Below, piece by piece: positions 57,763 through 64,000 of a stretch of DNA of 64,000 nucleotides (positions within the stretch are counted from its first letter, which is position 1; each line of letters starts with the position of its first letter). This DNA is from Azolla caroliniana (Eukaryota > Plantae > Polypodiophyta). Made by a program: the position numbers and the translations under genes. The stretch is taken from positions 148,410 to 212,409 of the forward strand of contig JBHGNT010000043.1 in the NCBI GenBank assembly GCA_043228905.1, in the 5' to 3' direction. The notes under the pieces were generated by a model. That model was not told the origin of the DNA, did not search any database, and worked only from the letters and a program-made list of their open reading frames with translations.

Positions 57763-60700
57763 TTAATTTACTCACGCGCTCTTCTCAACCACCTCCTCAA
57801 ATTTGGTAATTTCGTCGTGTCTCTCGACCTGAGTTTCAAGATCTTGATTTTTTAATTCTATATCATAGCTAGCGTTGTTAGCTTCGATTTGCATGTTTGA
57901 ACACAAAAATCCGATATCACACGAGCCACGTATAAACATTTTAATTTACCCACGCGCTCTTCTCAACCACCTCCTCAAATTTGGTAATTTCGTCATGTCT
58001 CTCGACCTGAGTTTCAAAATCTTGATTTTTTAAATCCATATCATAGCTAGCGTTGTTAGCTTCGATTCGGAGGTTTGAACACTAAAATCCGACATTACAC
58101 AAGCCACATATGAATATTTTAATTTACTCACGCGCTCTTCTCAACCACCTCCCCAAATTTGGTAATTTCGTCATGTCTCTCGATCTGAGTTTCAAAATCT
58201 TGATTTTTTAAATCCATATCATAGCTAGCGTTGTTAGCTTCGATTCGGAGGTTTGAACACTAAAATCCGACATTACACGAGCCACATATGAATATTTTAA
58301 TTTACTCACGCGCTCTTCTCAACTCCCTCCTCAAATTTGCTAATTTCGTCATGTCTCTCTACCTGAGTTTCAAAATCTTGATTTTTTAATTCCATATCAT
58401 AGCTAGCGTTGTTAGTTTCGATTTGCATGTTTGAACACAAAAATCCGATATCACACGAGCCACGTATGAACATTTTAATTTAGGTACTAGCTCTTCTCAA
58501 CCACCTCCTCAAATTTGGTAATTTCTTCATGTCTCTCGACCTGAGTTTCAAAATCTTGATTTTTTAATTCTATATCATAGCTAGCGTTGTTAGTTTCGAT
58601 TTGCATGTTTGAACACAAAAATCCGATATCACACGAGCCACGTATGAACATTTTAATTTAGCTACTAGCTCTTCTCAACCACCTCCTCAAATTTGGTAAT
58701 TTCTTCATGTCTCTCGACCTGAGTTTCAAAATCTTGATTTTTTAATTCTATATCATAGCTAGCGTTGTTAGTTTCGATTGGCATGTTTGAACACAAAAAT
58801 CCGATATCACACGAGCCACGTATGAACATTTTAATTTACTCACGCGCTCTTCTCAACTCCCTCCTCAAATTTGCTAATTTCGTCATGTCTCTCTACCTGA
58901 GTTTCAAATTCTTGATTTTTTAATTCGATATCATAGCTAGCGTTGTTAGTTTCGATATGCATGGTTGAACACAGAAATCCGATATCACACGAGCCACGTA
59001 TGAACATTTTAATTTACTCACGCGCTCTTCTCAACCACCTCCTCAAATTTGCTAATTTCGTCATGTCTCTCGACCTAAGTTTCAAAATCTTGATTTTCTA
59101 AATCCATATCATAGCTAGCGTTGTTAGCTTCTATTAAGAGGTTTGAACACTAAAATCCGACATCACACGAGCCACATATGAACATTTTAATTTACTCACG
59201 CGCTCTTCTCAACCACGTCCTCAAATTTGGTAATTTCGTCATGTCTCTCGACCTGAGTTTCAAAATCTTGATTTTTTAAATCCATATCATAGCTAGCGTT
59301 GTTAGCTTCGATTCGGAGGTTTGAACACTAAAATCCGACATCACACGAGCCACATATGAACATTTTAATTTACTCACGCGCTCTTCTCAACCACCTCCTC
59401 AAATTTGGTAATTTCGTCGTGTCTCTCGACCTGAGTTTCAAGATCTTGATTTTTTAATTCTATATCATAGCTAGCGTTGTTAGCTTCGATTCGCATGTTT
59501 GAACACAAAAATCCGATATCACACGAGCCACGTATGAATATTTTAATGTACTCACGCGCTCTTCTCAACCACCTCCTCAAATTTGGTAATTTCGTCATGT
59601 CTCTCGACCTGAGTTTCAAAATCTTGATTTTTTAAATCCATATCATAGCTAGCGTTGTTAGCTTCGATTCGGAGGTTTGAACACTAAAATCCGACATTAC
59701 ACAAGCCACATATGAATATTTTAATTTACTCACGCGCTCTTCTCAACCACCTCCCCAAATTTGGTAATTTCGTCATGTCTCTCGACCTGAGTTTCAAAAT
59801 CTTGATTTTTTAAATCCATATCATAGCTAGCGTTGTTAGCTTCGATTCGGAGGTTTGAACACTAAAATCCGACATTACACAAGCCACATATGAATATTTT
59901 AATTTACTCACGCGCTCTTCTCAACCACCTCCCCAAATTTGGTAATTTCGTCATGTCTCTCGACCTGAGTTTCAAAATCTTGATTTTCTAAATCCATACC
60001 ATAGCTAGCGTTGTTAGCTTCGATTCGGAGGTTTGAACACTAAAATCCGACATTACACGAGCCACATATGAATATTTTAATTTACTCACGCGCTCTTCTC
60101 AACCACCTCCTCAAATTTGGTAATTTCGTCGTGTCTCTCGACCTGAGTTTCAAGATCTTGATTTTTTAATTCTATATCATAGCTAGCGTTGTTAGCTTCG
60201 ATTCGGAGGTTTGAACACTAAAATCCGACATTACACGAGCCACATATGAATATTTTAATTTACTCACGCGCTCTTCTCAACTCCCTCCTCAAATTTGCTA
60301 ATTTCGTCATGTCTCTCTACCTGAGTTTCAAAATCTTGATTTTTTAATTCCATATCATAGCTAGCGTTGTTAGTTTCGATTTGCATGTTTGAACACAAAA
60401 ATCCGATATCACACGAGCCACGTATGAACATTTTAATTTAGCTACTAGCTCTTCTCAACCACCTCCTCAAATTTGGTAATTTCTTCATGTCTCTCGACCT
60501 GAGTTTCAAAATCTTGATTTTTTAATTCTATATCATAGCTAGCGTTGTTAGTTTCGATTGGCTTGTTTGAACACAAAAATCCGATATCACACGAGCCACG
60601 TATGAACATTTTAATTTAGCTACTAGCTCTTCTCAACCACCTCCTCAAATTTGGTAATTTCTTCATTTCTCTCGACCTGAGTTTCAAAATCTTGATTTTT

Positions 60701-63329
60701 TAATTTTATATCATAGCTAGCGTTGTTAGCTTCGATTCGCATATTTGAACACAAAAATCCGATATCACACGAGCCACGTATGAACATTTTAATTTACTCA
60801 CGCGCTCTTCTCAACTCCCTCCTCAAATTTGCTAAATTCGTCATGTATCTCTACCTGAGTTTCAAAATCTTGATTTTCTAATTGCATATCATGGCTAGCG
60901 TTTTTAGTTTCGATTTGCAAGTTTGAACACAAAAATCCGATATCACACGAGCCACGTATGAACATTTTAATATAGCTACTAGCTCTTCTCAACCACCTCC
61001 TCAAATTTGGTAATTTCGTCATGTCTCTCGACCTGAGTTTCAAAATCTTGATTTTTTAAATCCATATCATAGCTAGCGTTGTTAGCTTCGATTCGGAGGT
61101 TTGAACACTAAAATCCGACATTACACGAGCCACATATGAATATTTTAATTTACTCACGCGCTCTTCTCAACTCCCTCCTCAAATTTGCTAATTTCGTCAT
61201 GTCTCTCTACCTAAGTTTCAAAATCTTGATTTTTTAATTCCATATCATAGCTAGCGTTGTTAGTTTCGATTTGCATGTTTGAACACAAAAATCCGATATC
61301 ACACGAGCCACGTATGAACATTTTAATTTAGGTACTAGCTCTTCTCAACCACCTCCTCAAATTTGGTAATTTCTTCATGTCTCTCGACCTGAGTTTCAAA
61401 ATCTTGATTTTTTAATTCTATATCATAGCTAGCGTTGTTAGTTTCGATTTGCATGTTTGAACACAAAAATCCGATATCACACGAGCCACGTATGAACATT
61501 TTAATTTAGCTACTAGCTCTTCTCAACCACCTCCTCAAATTTGGTAATTTCTTCATGTCTCTCTACCTGAGTTTCAAAATCTTGATTTTTTAATTCCATA
61601 TCATAGCTAGCGTTGTTAGTTTCGATTTGCATGTTTGAACACAAAAATCCGATATCACACGAGCCACGTATGAACATTTTAATTTAGCTACTAGCTCTTC
61701 TCAACCACCTCCTCAAATTTGGTAATTTCTTCATGTCTCTCGACCTGAGTTTCAAAATCTTGATTTTTTAATTCTATATCATAGCTAGCGTTGTTAGTTT
61801 CGATTTGCATGTTTGAACACAAAAATCCGATATCACACGAGCCACGTATGAACATTTTAATTTAGCTACTAGCTCTTCTCAACCACCTCCTCAAATTTGG
61901 TAATTTCTTCATGTCTCTCGACCTGAGTTTCAAAATCTTGATTTTTTAATTTTATATCATAGCTAGCGTTGTTAGCTTCGATTCGGAGGTTTGAACACAA
62001 AAATCCGATATCACACGAGCCACGTATGAACATTTTAATTTACTCACGCGCTCTTCTCAACTCCCTCCTCAAATTTGCTAATTTCGTCATGTCTCTCGAC
62101 CTGAGTTTCAAAATCTTGATTTTTTAATTCCATATCATAGCTAGCGTTGTTAGTTTCGATTTGCATGTTTGAACACAAAAATCCGATATCACACGAGCCA
62201 CGTATGAACATTTTAATTTAGGTACTAGCTCTTCTCAACCACCTCCTCAAATTTGGTAATTTCTTCATGTCTCTCGACCTGAGTTTCAAAATCTTGATTT
62301 TTTAATTCTATATCATAGCTAGCGTTGTTAGTTTCGATTTGCATGTTTGAACACAAAAATCCGATATCACACGAGCCACGTATGAACATTTTAATTTAGC
62401 TACTAGCTCTTCTCAACCACCTCCTCAAATTTGGTAATTTCTTCATGTCTCTCGACCTGAGTTTCAAAATCTTGATTTTTTAATTTTATATCATAGCTAG
62501 CGTTGTTAGCTTCGATTCGGAGGTTTGAACACAAAAATCCGATATCACACGAGCCACGTATGAACATTTTAATTTAGCTACTAGCTCTTCTCAACCACCT
62601 CCTCAAATTTGGTAATTTCTTCATGTCTCTCGACCTGAGTTTCAAAATCTTGATTTTTTAATTCTATATCATAGCTAGCGTTGTTAGTTTCGATTGGCAT
62701 GTTTGAACACAAAAATCCGATATCACACGAGCCACGTATGAACATTTTAATTTACTCACGCGCTCTTCTCAACTCCCTCCTCAAATTTGCTAATTTCGTC
62801 ATGTCTCTCTACCTGAGTTTCAAAATCTTGATTTTTTAATTCGATATCATAGCTAGCGTTGTTAGTTTCGATATGCATGGTTGAACACAGAAATCCGATA
62901 TCACACGAGCCACGTATGAACATTTTAATTTACTCACGCGCTCTTCTCAACCACCTCCTCAAATTTGCTAATTTCGTCATGTCTCTCGACCTAAGTTTCA
63001 AAATCTTGATTTTCTAAATCCATATCATAGCTAGCGTTGTTAGCTTCTATTAAGAGGTTTGAACACTAAAATCCGACATCACACGAGCCACATATGAACA
63101 TTTTAATTTACTCACGCGCTCTTCTCAACCACGTCCTCAAATTTGGTAATTTCGTCATGTCTCTCGACCTGAGTTTCAAAATCTTGATTTTTTAAATCCA
63201 TATCATAGCTAGCGTTGTTAGCTTCGATTCGGAGGTTTGAACACTAAAATCCGACATTACACGAGCCACATATGAACATTTTAATTTACTCACGCGCTCT
63301 TCTCAACCACCTCCTCAAATTTGCTAATT

Positions 63330-63373
63330 TCGTCGTGTCTCTCGACCTGAGTTTTGTGTTCAAACATGCGAAT
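63330..63373. other. Strand-inversion junction of the satellite array with a short templated fragment
   Basis: Forward ...GACCTGAGTTT joins inverted TTTTGTGTTCAAACATGCGAAT (shared TTT). It then jumps 78 bp further along the inverted monomer to TAGCAAATTTGAGG (shared AAT). Confidence 0.93.
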
Positions 63374-64000
63374 TAGCAAATTTGAGGAGGTGGTTGAGAA
63401 GAGCGCGTGAGTAAATTAAAATGTTCATATGTGGCTCGTGTGATATCGGATTTTAGTGTTCAAACCTCCGAATCGAAGCTAACAACGCTAGCTATGATAT
63501 GGATTTAAAAAATCAAGATTTTGAAACTCAGGTTGGGAGAGACGACGAAATTACCAAATTTGAGGAGGTGGTTGAGAAGAGCGCGTGAGTAAATTAAAAT
63601 GTTCATATGTGGCTCGTGTGATATCGGATTTTAGTGTTCAAACCTCCGAATCGGCTCGTGTGATATCGGATTTTTGTGTTCAAACATGCGAATCGAAACT
63701 AACACGCTAGCTATGATATAGAATTAAAAAATCAAGATTTTGAAACTCAGGTCGAGAGACATGACGAAATTAGCAAATTTGAGGAGGGAGTTGAGAAGAG
63801 CGCGTGAGTAAATTAAAATGTTCATACATGGCTCGTGTGATATCGGATTTTTGTGTTCAAACATGCGAATCGAAGCTAACAAAGCTAGCTATGATATCGA
63901 ATTAAAGAATCAAGATTTTGAAACTCAGGTCGACAGACATGACGAAATTACCAAATTTGAGGAGGTGGTTGAGAAGAGCTAGTAGCTAAATTAAAATGTT
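63352..64000 (-). repeat. Same 178-bp satellite in inverted orientation (about 3.5 monomers, two truncated), continuing off the window end
   Basis: The sequence reads GAGAAGAGCGCGTGAGTAAATTAAAATGTTCATATGTGGCTCGTGTGATATCGG, the reverse complement of the forward monomer. Confidence 0.99.

Larger units (their letters stand above)
1..63354 (+). repeat. Tandem satellite DNA array, 178-bp monomer, ~355 copies head-to-tail (possibly centromeric/pericentromeric)
   Basis: CGAGCCAC recurs at 1, 179, 357 and onward. The register at 63262 equals 355x178 plus the visible indels (6 x -1, 1 x -63, 4 x +35). The first monomer has 41 C and 21 G in 178 bp. The centromeric role is inferred only from the nucleosome-sized unit and homogeneity. 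Confidence 0.99.

Noticed and set aside
919-61043. 36 near-identical 73-84 aa minus-strand ORFs (MKLRSRDMTKLPNLRRWLRR...)
   Set aside because: Each spans about 1.4 satellite monomers. Since 178 is not a multiple of 3, they are two reading frames of the same repeat. They appear only where chance SNPs remove stop codons, and I recognise no domain or gene context.
1-63354. A single regular higher-order repeat across the array
   Set aside because: Observed offsets vary locally (2, 4, 7, 8, 9, 10, 11, 12, 13, 14, 15 and 19 monomers), and none persists beyond about three copies.
1-64000. CRISPR array or other repeat-spacer system
   Set aside because: There are no unique spacers: the entire 178 bp is repeated. 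No cas or other genes and no leader are present.
63352-64000. Transposon insertion or terminal inverted repeat at the end of the array
   Set aside because: All of the sequence is reverse-complement satellite, with no foreign DNA or target-site duplication.

Overview
The whole window is one eukaryotic-type tandem satellite array with a 178-bp, ~35% GC monomer (CGAGCCACGTATGAACATTTTAATTTACTCACGCGCTCTTCTCAAC...GTTTGAACACAAAAATCCGATATCACA). About 355 head-to-tail monomers run on the + strand from 1 to ~63354. The array then flips to the opposite strand through a complex, microhomology-bearing fold-back-like junction (63352-64000). I see no credible genes, RNA genes, transposons or CRISPR array, and the listed ORFs are chance read-throughs of the satellite. 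The structure lies in the monomer variants: two subfamily domains with a switch near 35.1 kb, local higher-order duplications of 2 to 19 monomers, an out-of-register 2428-bp tandem duplication, a recurrent 35-bp truncated monomer, and variants that perfect quasi-palindromes. Monomer length and homogeneity suggest centromeric or pericentromeric satellite, but that is inference. I cannot name the family or the organism from the sequence alone.
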